From contig JAAYFN010000004.1 of the NCBI GenBank assembly GCA_012728225.1, positions 1-35,286 on the forward strand: DNA of 35,286 bases, in the 5' to 3' direction. The stretch's first letter is position 1; the number at the start of each line of letters is the position of its first letter. The DNA comes from Campylobacter sp. Its GTDB lineage: Bacteria; Campylobacterota; Campylobacteria; Campylobacterales; Campylobacteraceae. Shown one piece after another: positions 21,579-30,939 of this stretch. A program made the position numbers and the translations under genes. The notes beneath the pieces are model-generated. The model worked only from the letters and a program-made list of their open reading frames with translations. It did not search any database and had not been told where the DNA came from.

Positions 21579-21840
21579 ATGGCTAAGTTTGATCTAGATA
21601 TAGACTCTCATATAGTTCTTATTTCTTAAGTTTATAAAAGTTTAAGAGCTTGTCAAAATGGCATCGAAAGTGTTAAAGTAAATGCGTCACTTAATAAAAT
21701 CGCTTGATTTAAATATTTTGTGTGGCAAGGTTACAAATCCTAATTGTTGGAGTAAGTCAGGACTTAAGGCTAAGGCAGATTGCTTAAAAGTGGTAGATTT
21801 TATCGTTAAACAAGCACCAAAAGCTAAGATTGAAAGATAA
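21579..21840 (+). pseudogene. Degraded YegP/DUF1508-family gene
   Basis: MAKF...IS*VYKSLRACQNGIESVKVNA matches the DUF1508 S-E-x-Y...NGI-x-SVK-x-NA pattern. A second, frameshifted repeat reads IVGVSQ / KAKADCLKVVDFIVKQAPKAKIER*. Confidence 0.7.
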
Positions 21841-21923
21841 GAGCAAATTTGTTATTAATTAAGATATTTTTACTCTTGTTGTGAAATATTAAGAAAAAGT
21901 TCATGTGACATTAAAATGATAAA

Positions 21924-22000
21924 TATATACTTTTATCGTCCAACAAGATAAAACCTCCTTTTTATAGAACCGAGTGCATTGATTGCACTCGGACTATTTA
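21924..22000 (+). ncRNA. Candidate small RNA with an anti-SD motif
   Basis: TAAAAT at 21912-21917; hairpin 21931-21953; unpaired CCTCCTTTTT at 21954-21963; GC-rich hairpin 21970-21992. The ends are estimates. Confidence 0.45.
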
Positions 22001-22066
22001 CTTATTTAAAAATTTCTTTTTGTTTTAAAATTTATAGTAGAATGGATTAAAAATTTAAGGAAATTT

Positions 22067-22537
22067 ATGCTTACTCATTTAGATGAACAAAATAGACCAA
22101 AAATGGTAGATGTCAGTGGTAAAGATGAAACTTTACGTGTTGCAACTGCAAGTGGCATAATAAAGATGAATAGCAAAGCATACAACGCTATCATAAACAA
22201 TACTACCAAAAAAGGTCCAGTGCTTCAAACAGCAGTAATTGCCGCGATTATGGGTGCTAAAAAAACTAGCGAACTTATACCTATGTGTCACCCACTTCTT
22301 ATAAATTCAGTTAATACAGATATAGTTGAAATTCCTGAAATTTCAGCTTTTAAGTTAAGTGTAACTGTTAAAATAAACGGTAAAACTGGTGTTGAAATGG
22401 AGGCATTAATGGGCGTTAGTACTGGACTTCTTACAATATATGATATGGTAAAAGCAATCGATAAAAGCATGGAGATAGGCGAAATCGTTTTAGAGCAAAA
22501 AGATGGAGGAAAAAGTGGCAAGTATATGCGAGTTTAA
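22067..22537 (+). CDS. moaC: Cyclic pyranopterin monophosphate synthase accessory protein
   Basis: [22 protein letters not shown] and TIYDMVKA motifs. Confidence 0.97.
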   Translation: MLTHLDEQNRPKMVDVSGKDETLRVATASGIIKMNSKAYNAIINNTTKKGPVLQTAVIAAIMGAKKTSELIPMCHPLLINSVNTDIVEIPEISAFKLSVTVKINGKTGVEMEALMGVSTGLLTIYDMVKAIDKSMEIGEIVLEQKDGGKSGKYMRV

Positions 22538-22772
22538 TAAAAAACCAAAGATAGATTATCCAAACTTTTGGTCATACAGGGTAATTGGTGATGGAAATTT
22601 AAGAGAAGATATCAGTAGAGTTATAGGGGATTTTGAGTATGAAATTTCATTTTCTAAACATAGCAAAGCAGGAAGATATCAGAGCTTTGAAGTTTCAGTT
22701 TTAGTACATTCAGATACTCAAAGAGTTAGTGTTTTTGAAGAACTTAAAAAAATAGCAAAATTTGTTTTATAG
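22515..22772 (+). CDS. DUF493/YbeD-like (HP0495-family) protein
   Basis: IDYP..WSYRVIG and SKAGRYQSF motifs; GTG 22515 follows GGAGG. Confidence 0.85.
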   Translation: MASICEFNKKPKIDYPNFWSYRVIGDGNLREDISRVIGDFEYEISFSKHSKAGRYQSFEVSVLVHSDTQRVSVFEELKKIAKFVL

Positions 22773-24025
22773 TGGAGAAAGATATGAGTTTTATAGATGA
22801 TATAAGTAGTGGCAAAAGCGTAGAAGTAGCAGCAATTACAGCACTTTTGGCAGAATTTAAAGGCAAGAGTTTATATGAGAAAAAAGAGCTTAGTTTAGAG
22901 TTGTTTACTAAATTTTATAAAGATTTAAAACGGACAGATAGACTAAATAAAGATAGTGTCAATGAGCTTTTAGAAGCGATTAAAAACTCTCTTATAAAAG
23001 AAGAAGAAAAAAGATTATATAAACTTTTGTATGAAAGCGAAAAAGCCAGAAAAGAGATAGAGCATTTAGGTAGAGATATGAGAAATGCTGTATTTGACAG
23101 TTTTAAGGGCATTGAAGATCTTATAAAAGAGAGTAACAGCTTAGAAAGTGAGGCTCTTCTTCCTATTATAAATGAAACTTTAGTTGGAGCAGCTCAATTA
23201 AATGGCGTTATAAAAGAGATAAGCGAAAGTGTTTTTCTTAGTATCATAGAAAATGGTGATGATGTTAAAGAGACTTCTTTTGAATTTAGTAAAAATATGG
23301 TTTATAAAACCCTAAGTGAAGGTGAGTTTAAAAAATACTACGCCATGGAGGTTGCTAAAACCATCTTAGAAGTTACAATTAGTGTGGCAAATGAGAGTAA
23401 AATTTACACAAGCGAGCTTATAAGCGGAAGTATAGAGGGCATAAATGCAGGAATTTTAAAAGCAATTGATAAATTTAAAGAGTCATTTAAATTTGCACCT
23501 GAAGAGATAAGTAGTGAGTTTAATGAAGCTAGTAAAGAGATTGCAGGTATTTATGAGGAGTATATAGCGCTTTTAAAAACTTTAACACAAAATAGCGAAG
23601 ATCCTGCTAAAACTGAGCTAGAAAATATTCTTAAAAAAGATTATGATAACTATTTAGCGAAAATGATTAGAATTTCAAGCGACGCAACTGTAAATTTAAA
23701 AGATAGTTTAAGCTCTATGGATATATCCGAAAGCTATAAAGAGTTTAGTAAATTTACATCATCTAAATTTGATGAAATTTTTAAAAAAGGTGCTAAGATT
23801 TGGGGAGATTTGGAGCTTGAAGAGAAGATGGAAGCTATAAAAAAAGATATAGCTGATATCGATAAAAATATTAGACTAAAATTTAGTAAAAAAGAGAGCA
23901 TAAAAGAGTTAGCTAATAGAGCTTTTGAGGTTTCAAAAGATAAAGTTAAAGAAAAAAAAGGACAAGCCAAAGAGATACAAGACAGTAAAGAGAGTAAAAA
24001 TCAAAGCAAAAATAGCAAAGAGTAG
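22772..24025 (+). CDS. Helical hypothetical protein
   Basis: 417-aa E/K-rich ORF coupled to the upstream gene; no recognised motif; start uncertain. Confidence 0.75.
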   Translation: MEKDMSFIDDISSGKSVEVAAITALLAEFKGKSLYEKKELSLELFTKFYKDLKRTDRLNKDSVNELLEAIKNSLIKEEEKRLYKLLYESEKARKEIEHLGRDMRNAVFDSFKGIEDLIKESNSLESEALLPIINETLVGAAQLNGVIKEISESVFLSIIENGDDVKETSFEFSKNMVYKTLSEGEFKKYYAMEVAKTILEVTISVANESKIYTSELISGSIEGINAGILKAIDKFKESFKFAPEEISSEFNEASKEIAGIYEEYIALLKTLTQNSEDPAKTELENILKKDYDNYLAKMIRISSDATVNLKDSLSSMDISESYKEFSKFTSSKFDEIFKKGAKIWGDLELEEKMEAIKKDIADIDKNIRLKFSKKESIKELANRAFEVSKDKVKEKKGQAKEIQDSKESKNQSKNSKE

Positions 24026-24045
24026 TTAAAAATGTTCTTAAATTC

Positions 24046-24054
24046 TGCTAAAAT
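24046..24054 (+). promoter_or_regulatory. Extended -10 promoter
   Basis: TGcTAAAAT about 30 nt upstream of the ATG at 24084. Confidence 0.55.
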
Positions 24055-24083
24055 TGTATCTAAAATTTTAAAGTAGGATCTGT

Positions 24084-25061
24084 ATGATTAGAGCATTTTT
24101 TTGTAGCAAAGAGTGGGCAAAATGGGCATATGGAGGCACGGTTTTTATCATTATAGCTTTGCTTCTTCAAACAAGGCTAAATGTTGCTATAAATGACTGG
24201 TATAAAGATTTCTATGATATGACTCAAAACATTGAAAAGCACACAGTAGATCAGTTTTGGCATCAAATTTGGCGGTTTTTATATATTGCTATGCCCTATG
24301 TTCTTATCTATTCGGTAACTAAATTTTTTGCTAGCCACTGGACTTTTAGATGGCGAGAAGCTATGACTTTTGCCTATCTTGAGCAGTGGAGAAGATGCGA
24401 AAAAGATATCGAAGGAAGTAGCCAGCGTATGCAAGAAGATATATATAGGTTTGCTACTATTTTACAAACTCTTGGAGTTGAGGTTATAAGAGCGTTTATG
24501 ACGCTTTTTGCTTTTTTGCCTATTTTATGGTTTCTAAGTGATAAGATGCCACTTCCTTATTTTAAAGATATCCCGGGAAATTTAGTTTGGATCGCACTTA
24601 TTGTAAGTGTTGGCGGGCTTATAGTATCGTGGTTTGTAGGTATTAAGCTTCCAGGTCTTGAGTACAACAATCAAAAAGCTGAGGCTGCTTTTAGAAAAGA
24701 GTTAGTTTATGCTGAAGATGATAAGATCAACTACGCACACAAACCGACAGTTATATCTCTTTTTTCAGGACTTCAAATCAACTACTACATGCTTTTTTTA
24801 CACTATGGATACTTTAATATCTGGCTTAAATCTTACGCTCAGTTTATGGTCATAGTTCCTTATATGATAATGGGTTCAGGTCTTTTTACAGGACTTATTA
24901 CATTAGGAGTTTTAGTTCAAGTTAGTAATGCTTTTTCTCAAGTAAGGGAGAGTTTTAGTGTGTTTATTTATAATTGGACGACAGTAACGGAATTTAGAAG
25001 TATCCATAAACGACTTAAAGAATTTGAGACAAATATTGGATATAGAAAAGCTAAAATTTAG
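24084..25061 (+). CDS. SbmA/BacA-like peptide transporter
   Basis: FRWREAM, IEGSSQRMQED, LPGLEYNNQKAEAAFRKELVYAED motifs. Confidence 0.92.
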   Translation: MIRAFFCSKEWAKWAYGGTVFIIIALLLQTRLNVAINDWYKDFYDMTQNIEKHTVDQFWHQIWRFLYIAMPYVLIYSVTKFFASHWTFRWREAMTFAYLEQWRRCEKDIEGSSQRMQEDIYRFATILQTLGVEVIRAFMTLFAFLPILWFLSDKMPLPYFKDIPGNLVWIALIVSVGGLIVSWFVGIKLPGLEYNNQKAEAAFRKELVYAEDDKINYAHKPTVISLFSGLQINYYMLFLHYGYFNIWLKSYAQFMVIVPYMIMGSGLFTGLITLGVLVQVSNAFSQVRESFSVFIYNWTTVTEFRSIHKRLKEFETNIGYRKAKI

Positions 25062-25093
25062 ATACAATATAGATAAATTTATAAGGAGTGCTT

Positions 25094-25891
25094 ATGAAAA
25101 AATATATTTTAGCAGCAATGGTTGCTTTTTTTGTTATTGGGTGTGCATCAACAACAAGTTCGGGTGCAGTAGGTATAACGCGCTCGCAAGTTATGTTAGT
25201 AAGTGCAAATGATATGGATGTAGGTGCAGCACAAGCTTACACTCAAGTACTTAAAGAGTCAACTCAGAAAAAAACTCTTAACACTGATCCTGTTCAGACA
25301 AAGCGAGTTAAGGCTATAGCAGATAGGCTAATAGATCAAGTTGGTGTTTATAGAACCGATGCTAAGGATTGGAATTGGCAAGTAAATGTTATCAACGATG
25401 AGACAATAAATGCATGGTGTATGCCAGGAGGAAGGATAGTTGTATATACAGGTATTATCAATTCTCTTAAGTTAAACGATGCTGAACTTGCAGCTATTGT
25501 AGGCCATGAGATGAGTCATGCACTAAGAGAGCACAGTCGTGAAAAAGCAAGTCGCGACCAACTTTAAAATGCGGGAATTTTTGCGGTTGGGATTGCTACT
25601 GGAAGCAATGAGCTTGCAAACTTAGCTAATATGGCGACAACTTATGCGATATCTCTTCCTTTTTCAAGAGAGCAAGAGATGGAAGCTGACAACATGGGAG
25701 CAGAGCTTATGGCGCGTGCAGGATATGATCCAAAAGCAGCTGCAAATGTTTGGGTAAAAATGTCAAGTCTTAATTCAAATCAGCCTTTAGAGTTTATGTC
25801 TACTCACCCGTCTCATGAAAACAGGATAGAAAATTTAAATGCCGTCGCAGCTAAATTAGATCCTATTTATAGAGCTGCTATAAAAGGTTAA
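25094..25891 (+). pseudogene. M48 zinc metallopeptidase lipoprotein with one in-frame TAA (25565-25567)
   Basis: Lipobox VIGC, NAWCMPGG and HEMSH; after the stop the same frame continues to FSREQEMEAD and STHPS. Confidence 0.88.
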
Positions 25892-25900
25892 AACAGTTTA

Positions 25901-26743
25901 ATGAGATATTTGGTTTTGGCGATTTGTGCAAGTGTAGCTGTTCTAGCACTTCTTAAAATCGCCAAACAAAAAAAGATAAAGATAGAAGTTGCAGTAGCTT
26001 TTAACTATATAGTTGCAAGTTTGCTTACTTTTGTTTTTTTTAAGCCAAATTTAATGCTCATTTTAGATATAGACAATTCGTGGCTTTTCATTGTGCTTTG
26101 AATTTTACTGCCAAGTGGGTTTATCATTATGGGACGTGCTGTTGAGTATGCAGGTATAGCCAAAGCTGATGCTGCTGGAAGATTATCTTTATTTTTACCG
26201 ATAGTTGCGTCGTTTACATTTTTAGGGCAGAGTTTAAGTCTGGGGATTTTTATAGCTATTTTAGTGGCTTTTTTAGCTCTTTTTTGCTTAGTTTATGATA
26301 ACTCTAGCTCTAGCCATATAACTAAACAAAGCGGAGTTTATCTACTTCTTGTCTGGTTTGTTTATGGGATATGTGATATTATTTTTAAGTTAATAGCAAA
26401 ACAAGGAAGTGAATTTTCACTTACTCTTTTAGTTTCATTTGTATTAGCTGGAGTAGCTCTTTTTGCTTATCTTATATACAAAAATGAGAAATTTAATAAA
26501 AATAGTATTTTATACGGAACTATATTAGTTGTTTTAAATTTTGCAAATATTATCTTTTATATTAAAGCTCATCAACTATTTAGAGATAGTCCGTCGCTAG
26601 TTTTTACAGCGATGAATATAGGCGTTATTTCGCTAGGCATTTTGGTTGGAGTTTTCGTTTTTAAAGAGCAGTTAAAAGGGCAAAATTTTTTAGGTTTAAT
26701 ACTTGGTATATGCGCTATAGTTTTGTTAGTAAAATTTAGTTAA
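25901..26743 (+). pseudogene. EamA/DMT-family transporter with one in-frame TGA (26099-26101)
   Basis: The two track ORFs (25901-26101, 26129-26743) are in the same frame: IVL*ILLPSGFIIMG. Joined, they give a ~280-codon multi-TM protein. Confidence 0.85.
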
Positions 26744-26774
26744 ATATATTGTTTGTTTAAATTTTATATTTTTT

Positions 26775-26783
26775 TGATATAAT
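26775..26783 (+). promoter_or_regulatory. Extended -10 promoter
   Basis: TGaTATAAT preceded by periodic T tracts; AAGGA RBS before the TTG at 26812. Confidence 0.65.
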
Positions 26784-26811
26784 TTAGTATTTTATTTTTT
26801 AAGGATCTTTA

Positions 26812-28173
26812 TTGGACACGGACAGTTCGGGCTCGATGCTTTTTTTGGCCTTTGTTTTTATATTTTTAAATGCGTTTTTTGTTCTTTCTGAATTTGCTAT
26901 CGTAAAAATCAGAAAAAGCAAACTTGAAGAGATGGTAAATAACGGAGTTAAAAACTCTAAACTTGCTCTTAAAATCACAAATTCCCTTGACTCTTACTTA
27001 AGTGCAACACAGCTTGGCGTTACATTAAGTTCACTTGCACTTGGCTGGATAGGCGAGCCAGCGGTAGCGAGATTTATAGAAAAACCAATTATTTTATTGA
27101 TAAGTGAAAGTTCAGTTGTGCTACATACGATATCATTTATCATATCATTTGGGCTTATTACCCTTCTTCATGTTGTTTTAGGAGAGTTAGTACCTAAATC
27201 CGTAGCTATCGCAAAACCTGAACAATCAGTCCTTTTAGTAGTTAGACCACTTCACGCTTTTTGGGTGCTTTTTTCACCACTTATTAAAATTTTTGACTTT
27301 TTAGCGCACTGTGTTTTAAAGCTTATCGGTATAAAACCAGCTAGCGAAAATGATCTTGCACACTCAGAAGAGGAGATTAAGATTATAGTTAGTGAGAGTT
27401 TAAAAGGTGGAGTTCTAGATTCGGTTGAAACTGAGATTATTAAAAATGCCATTGATTTTAGTGATACAGTAGCTAGAGAGGTTATGACGCCTAGAAAAGA
27501 TATGGTGTGTTTAAATAAACAAAAAAGTTTTGATGAGAATTATAGAAAAGTTTTAGAGTCTAAATATACGAGGTTTCCATATATTGATGGAAGCAAAGAT
27601 AATGTTTTAGGCGTGATACACATTCGCGATATCATACAACTTGAGGGTGATAAAAATTTTGATAAAATAGCTAGAAAGATACTTATATTTCCTGAAAATG
27701 CATCTATATCATCAATACTTCCTATGATGAACAAAGAGCAAATTTCAGCCGGGCTTGTTATAGATGAGTTTGGTGGAACATCAGGACTTATCACTATGGA
27801 AAATATTATAGAGGAAATTTTTGGTGATATCAACGATGAGCATGATAATGCCGAGTTTGAGTATAGAGCGATAGAAAACGGAATTTATGAGTTTGTAGGC
27901 AGATCTTATATAGAAGATGTTGAAGAGATCATATCTGTAAAATTTAATGATGATATTGAAGAGCTTACGATAGGTGGATATGTGTTTAATCTCATAGGAC
28001 AATTACCTAAAGTTGGAGATATAGCTCAAGATGAAAATTGTAGATATGAAGTTGTCCAAATGGATGGAAATAGCATATCTTTGGTTAAGATATCTATTAA
28101 ATCAGCAAAAAAAGAGAAAGAAGAGAGCGATAAAGAGAAAAAAGATGAGATTTTAGACAAAACTAGTGAATAA
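26812..28173 (+). CDS. Hemolysin-family CNNM (DUF21)-CBS-CorC protein
   Basis: FFVLSEFAIV, GELVPKS, VMTPR, YTRFP and IDEFGGTSG motifs. Confidence 0.94.
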   Translation: MDTDSSGSMLFLAFVFIFLNAFFVLSEFAIVKIRKSKLEEMVNNGVKNSKLALKITNSLDSYLSATQLGVTLSSLALGWIGEPAVARFIEKPIILLISESSVVLHTISFIISFGLITLLHVVLGELVPKSVAIAKPEQSVLLVVRPLHAFWVLFSPLIKIFDFLAHCVLKLIGIKPASENDLAHSEEEIKIIVSESLKGGVLDSVETEIIKNAIDFSDTVAREVMTPRKDMVCLNKQKSFDENYRKVLESKYTRFPYIDGSKDNVLGVIHIRDIIQLEGDKNFDKIARKILIFPENASISSILPMMNKEQISAGLVIDEFGGTSGLITMENIIEEIFGDINDEHDNAEFEYRAIENGIYEFVGRSYIEDVEEIISVKFNDDIEELTIGGYVFNLIGQLPKVGDIAQDENCRYEVVQMDGNSISLVKISIKSAKKEKEESDKEKKDEILDKTSE

Positions 28174-28224
28174 AAAGATATAATATAAGCTAGGTTTAAA
28201 AATAAACTTTATTAAGGAAAAAGT

Positions 28225-28677
28225 ATGAAAAAAACATTTTTAACATTAAGTGTTGTAGCTATATTTTTAGTAGGTTGTGACTCTAAAGAAGATAGCACTT
28301 CAGCAACTACTTCAGAAGTAGCGCCAGTAGAGCAAGTAGCTCCACAAGATGAGATTGTAAAAAGCCTTAAAGAGGAGAGTAGTAATTTTATCGACGCAAC
28401 TATAGATGCAGTAGAAGAGAGTTTAAAAGATCTAAATGAAACTTATCAAGAGCTAAAAACTGAGGCAAATGAGACAATTACAAGTTTTAAAGAAGATGCA
28501 AAAGAAGCTTACCAAGAGTTAAAAGAGAGTTTTTTAGAAGGTGAAACTAATGAAACCATAGAGAGCCTTAAAGTTGACATGAACTCTTCATTCGAAAATC
28601 TTAAAAAAGATATTAATGATAGTTTAAATAACGTAGAAGATATAAACGAAAGTTTACAAAATATAGATACCATCTAA
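28225..28677 (+). CDS. Acidic repeat lipoprotein with six N-glycosylation sequons
   Basis: AAGGA RBS, lipobox LVGC, ~11-aa repeats containing DLNET, EANET, ETNET, DMNSS, DINDS and DINES. Confidence 0.85.
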   Translation: MKKTFLTLSVVAIFLVGCDSKEDSTSATTSEVAPVEQVAPQDEIVKSLKEESSNFIDATIDAVEESLKDLNETYQELKTEANETITSFKEDAKEAYQELKESFLEGETNETIESLKVDMNSSFENLKKDINDSLNNVEDINESLQNIDTI

Positions 28678-29688
28678 ATTTGATCTAGGGTGAATTTGTA
28701 GCTCTTTATAGCTTATAAACTCACCTTTTTTATATTTTTCTACCCCTACACGCGCTATCATAGCAGCGTTATCTGAGCAAAATTTAAGCGGAGTTAGAAG
28801 TAGTTTAGTGTTATAAATTTCAGATAAACTTTCAAGCTTGCTTCTAAGTGTTAAATTTGCACTCGCTCCTCCAACTACTCCAAAACTACTAAATTTATAC
28901 TTTTTAAATATTATCTTTAGTTTATCTATAATATGTGCAGTTGCAGCTTTTTGAAAAGAGTAGGAAATTTCAGAAATTTGTTCGTTGTTTAAATTTTCGC
29001 CAAGATCATTAACTGCTAAGCGAACTTGATTTTTAAGCCCCGAAAAGCTGTATTCAAGGCGAGTTTTATCATTTTTAAGAGGGATTGTAAAGTTAAATTT
29101 ATCTTTGCTACACGCCAAAGCAGCCTTTTCTATAAGAGGTCCCCCAGGATACCCAAGACCCATCATTTTGGCAACTTTATCAAAACTTTCACCATAGCTA
29201 TCATCGCTTGTTGCTACAAGTACATTTACTTTTGCATCTTTTGAAATTTCAAGCACCATAGTATGTCCGCCACTTGCCAACAAAACTCCAAGTGGAAATT
29301 CAGATTTACTGTTTAAAAAAAGTGAATATATATGACCTATTAGATGGTTTACTGCGATAAGTGGCACGTTAAGGCTTATACTTAATGCTTTTGCCATGCT
29401 AACACCACCTATTAAACTTACACTAAGTCCTGGTTCATTTGTAACAGCTATTGCTTTTATATCTTTAAAGTAAGGTTTAAGTTCTAAAGCTAAATTTGGT
29501 AGAGTTGCCGTGTGAAGTCTTGCAGCTAGTTCAGGAACAACACCTCCAAATTTTGCATGCTCACTCTCTTGTGTTATCTTTTTATAAAAAACAAGTTCAT
29601 AAGTTTTAGCATCCATTAACGCTACTGAGCTATCATCACAGCTACTTTCTATCCCAAGTATAAGCTCTTTATTTAACATTTTGCTCAT
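28654..29688 (-). CDS. tsaD: tRNA threonylcarbamoyltransferase
   Basis: LGIESSCDD, GGVVPELAARLH, HLIGH, SFSGLK and DNAAMI motifs. The start may be ATG 29679. Confidence 0.97.
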   Translation of the reverse strand: MSKMLNKELILGIESSCDDSSVALMDAKTYELVFYKKITQESEHAKFGGVVPELAARLHTATLPNLALELKPYFKDIKAIAVTNEPGLSVSLIGGVSMAKALSISLNVPLIAVNHLIGHIYSLFLNSKSEFPLGVLLASGGHTMVLEISKDAKVNVLVATSDDSYGESFDKVAKMMGLGYPGGPLIEKAALACSKDKFNFTIPLKNDKTRLEYSFSGLKNQVRLAVNDLGENLNNEQISEISYSFQKAATAHIIDKLKIIFKKYKFSSFGVVGGASANLTLRSKLESLSEIYNTKLLLTPLKFCSDNAAMIARVGVEKYKKGEFISYKELQIHPRSNLDGIYIL

Positions 29689-30928
29689 CTTTGTTTTTTG
29701 GTAGTACTAAATTTAAAACTACACCCACAAGTGCCCCAAGCCCTATTTGAGAAAAACTTGCAAAGCCAAAGTCAAGGACCATTCCGCCAAGAGCAGGTAC
29801 TAGTATAAGCGCTATGATGACCATGTTTCTAGGTTCATTCATATCAACTTTGTTTTTTATGAGAGTTTCCATACCAACGCTTGCAATGATACCAAAAAGA
29901 AGTATCATGATGCCACCTAAAACGCATGGTGGTATAGTAGCTACGAGTGCTCCTAGCTTACCAACAAAAGCCAAAAGTATAGCTGTTATCGCTGTCCATG
30001 TCATGATACCAGGATTAAAAGCTTTGGTAAGTCTAACTGCACCAGTAACTTCTGCATAAGTAGTACAAGGTGGCCCAGCAAGTAAGGCTGCCACGCTAGT
30101 TGCTATTCCATCTCCAAGAAGTGTTTTATGAAGACCGGGTTTTTTTGTATAGTCGTAACCTGTTACGTTTGATATAGCCATGACATTTCCTATATGTTCG
30201 ATTATAGGGGCGATAACGACAGGAATCATATAGAGCATCGCATCAAGTTTAAATCGTGGAGCTGTGAAATTTGGCACAGCAAACCAAGGCGCTTGAGATA
30301 CTTGTGTAAAGTCAATGATACCGTAAAAAAGTGATAAAATATACCCTACAACTAGACCACAAAGGATAGGGATAAGTTTCATAATCCCTCGCCCAAAGAT
30401 GATGATTAAAAGTGTTATAAAAAGGCTTGTTCCTGAGATTATCATCGCATCAGTTATGGTAAAATTTGGATTTAAGGCAGTGTAGACACTTAGATCAGTT
30501 GGCATTGCTGAAGCAACTGCAGTTGGGCTAAGAACCAAGCCTATAGTCATTATAACAGGCCCAACTACGATAGGAGGCAGAAATTTATCTATAAACTCAC
30601 GCCCTTTTAACTTAACAAAATATGCAAAAAGTATATAGACCAAACCAGCAGCAAACACGCCACCCATTGCTGTTGCTAAGCCCCATTCGCTTACAGCATA
30701 AGAAATAGGTGCTATAAAAGCAAAGCTTGAAGCTAAAAATATAGGCGGGACTTTTTGCCGGCATATAAACTGAAATATAAGAGTTCCAAAACCAGCAGTA
30801 AACAGCGCGACATTTGTATCTAAACCGCAAAGTATCGGCATAAGCACAAGAGCACCAAATGCAACGAAAAGAAATTGTGCTCCTAAAAGAGCGTCTTTTG
30901 ATCTAAATTTGTATTCACAAGAGTTCAT
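29669..30928 (-). CDS. uraA: Uracil-xanthine (NCS2) permease
   Basis: GAQFLFVAFGA, FLASSFAF, GDG and TTYAE motifs; about 14 hydrophobic segments. Substrate not determinable from sequence. Confidence 0.9.
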   Translation of the reverse strand: MNSCEYKFRSKDALLGAQFLFVAFGALVLMPILCGLDTNVALFTAGFGTLIFQFICRQKVPPIFLASSFAFIAPISYAVSEWGLATAMGGVFAAGLVYILFAYFVKLKGREFIDKFLPPIVVGPVIMTIGLVLSPTAVASAMPTDLSVYTALNPNFTITDAMIISGTSLFITLLIIIFGRGIMKLIPILCGLVVGYILSLFYGIIDFTQVSQAPWFAVPNFTAPRFKLDAMLYMIPVVIAPIIEHIGNVMAISNVTGYDYTKKPGLHKTLLGDGIATSVAALLAGPPCTTYAEVTGAVRLTKAFNPGIMTWTAITAILLAFVGKLGALVATIPPCVLGGIMILLFGIIASVGMETLIKNKVDMNEPRNMVIIALILVPALGGMVLDFGFASFSQIGLGALVGVVLNLVLPKNKDEQNVK

Positions 30929-30939
30929 TTTATCTCTTT

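Noticed and set aside
21970-21992. Hairpin as a tracrRNA or CRISPR repeat
   Set aside because: Single copy, no spacer array and no cas genes in the window.
26099-26101. TGA read as Gly, Trp or selenocysteine
   Set aside because: TGA terminates rpmC, secY, map and moaC normally in this window. No SECIS-like hairpin is evident, and the neighbouring lesion is a TAA.
1961-30830. Many 60-142 aa antisense or alternate-frame ORFs in the track (e.g. 9246-9674, 20661-21050, 25024-25212)
   Set aside because: They overlap well-supported genes and show no independent coding evidence.
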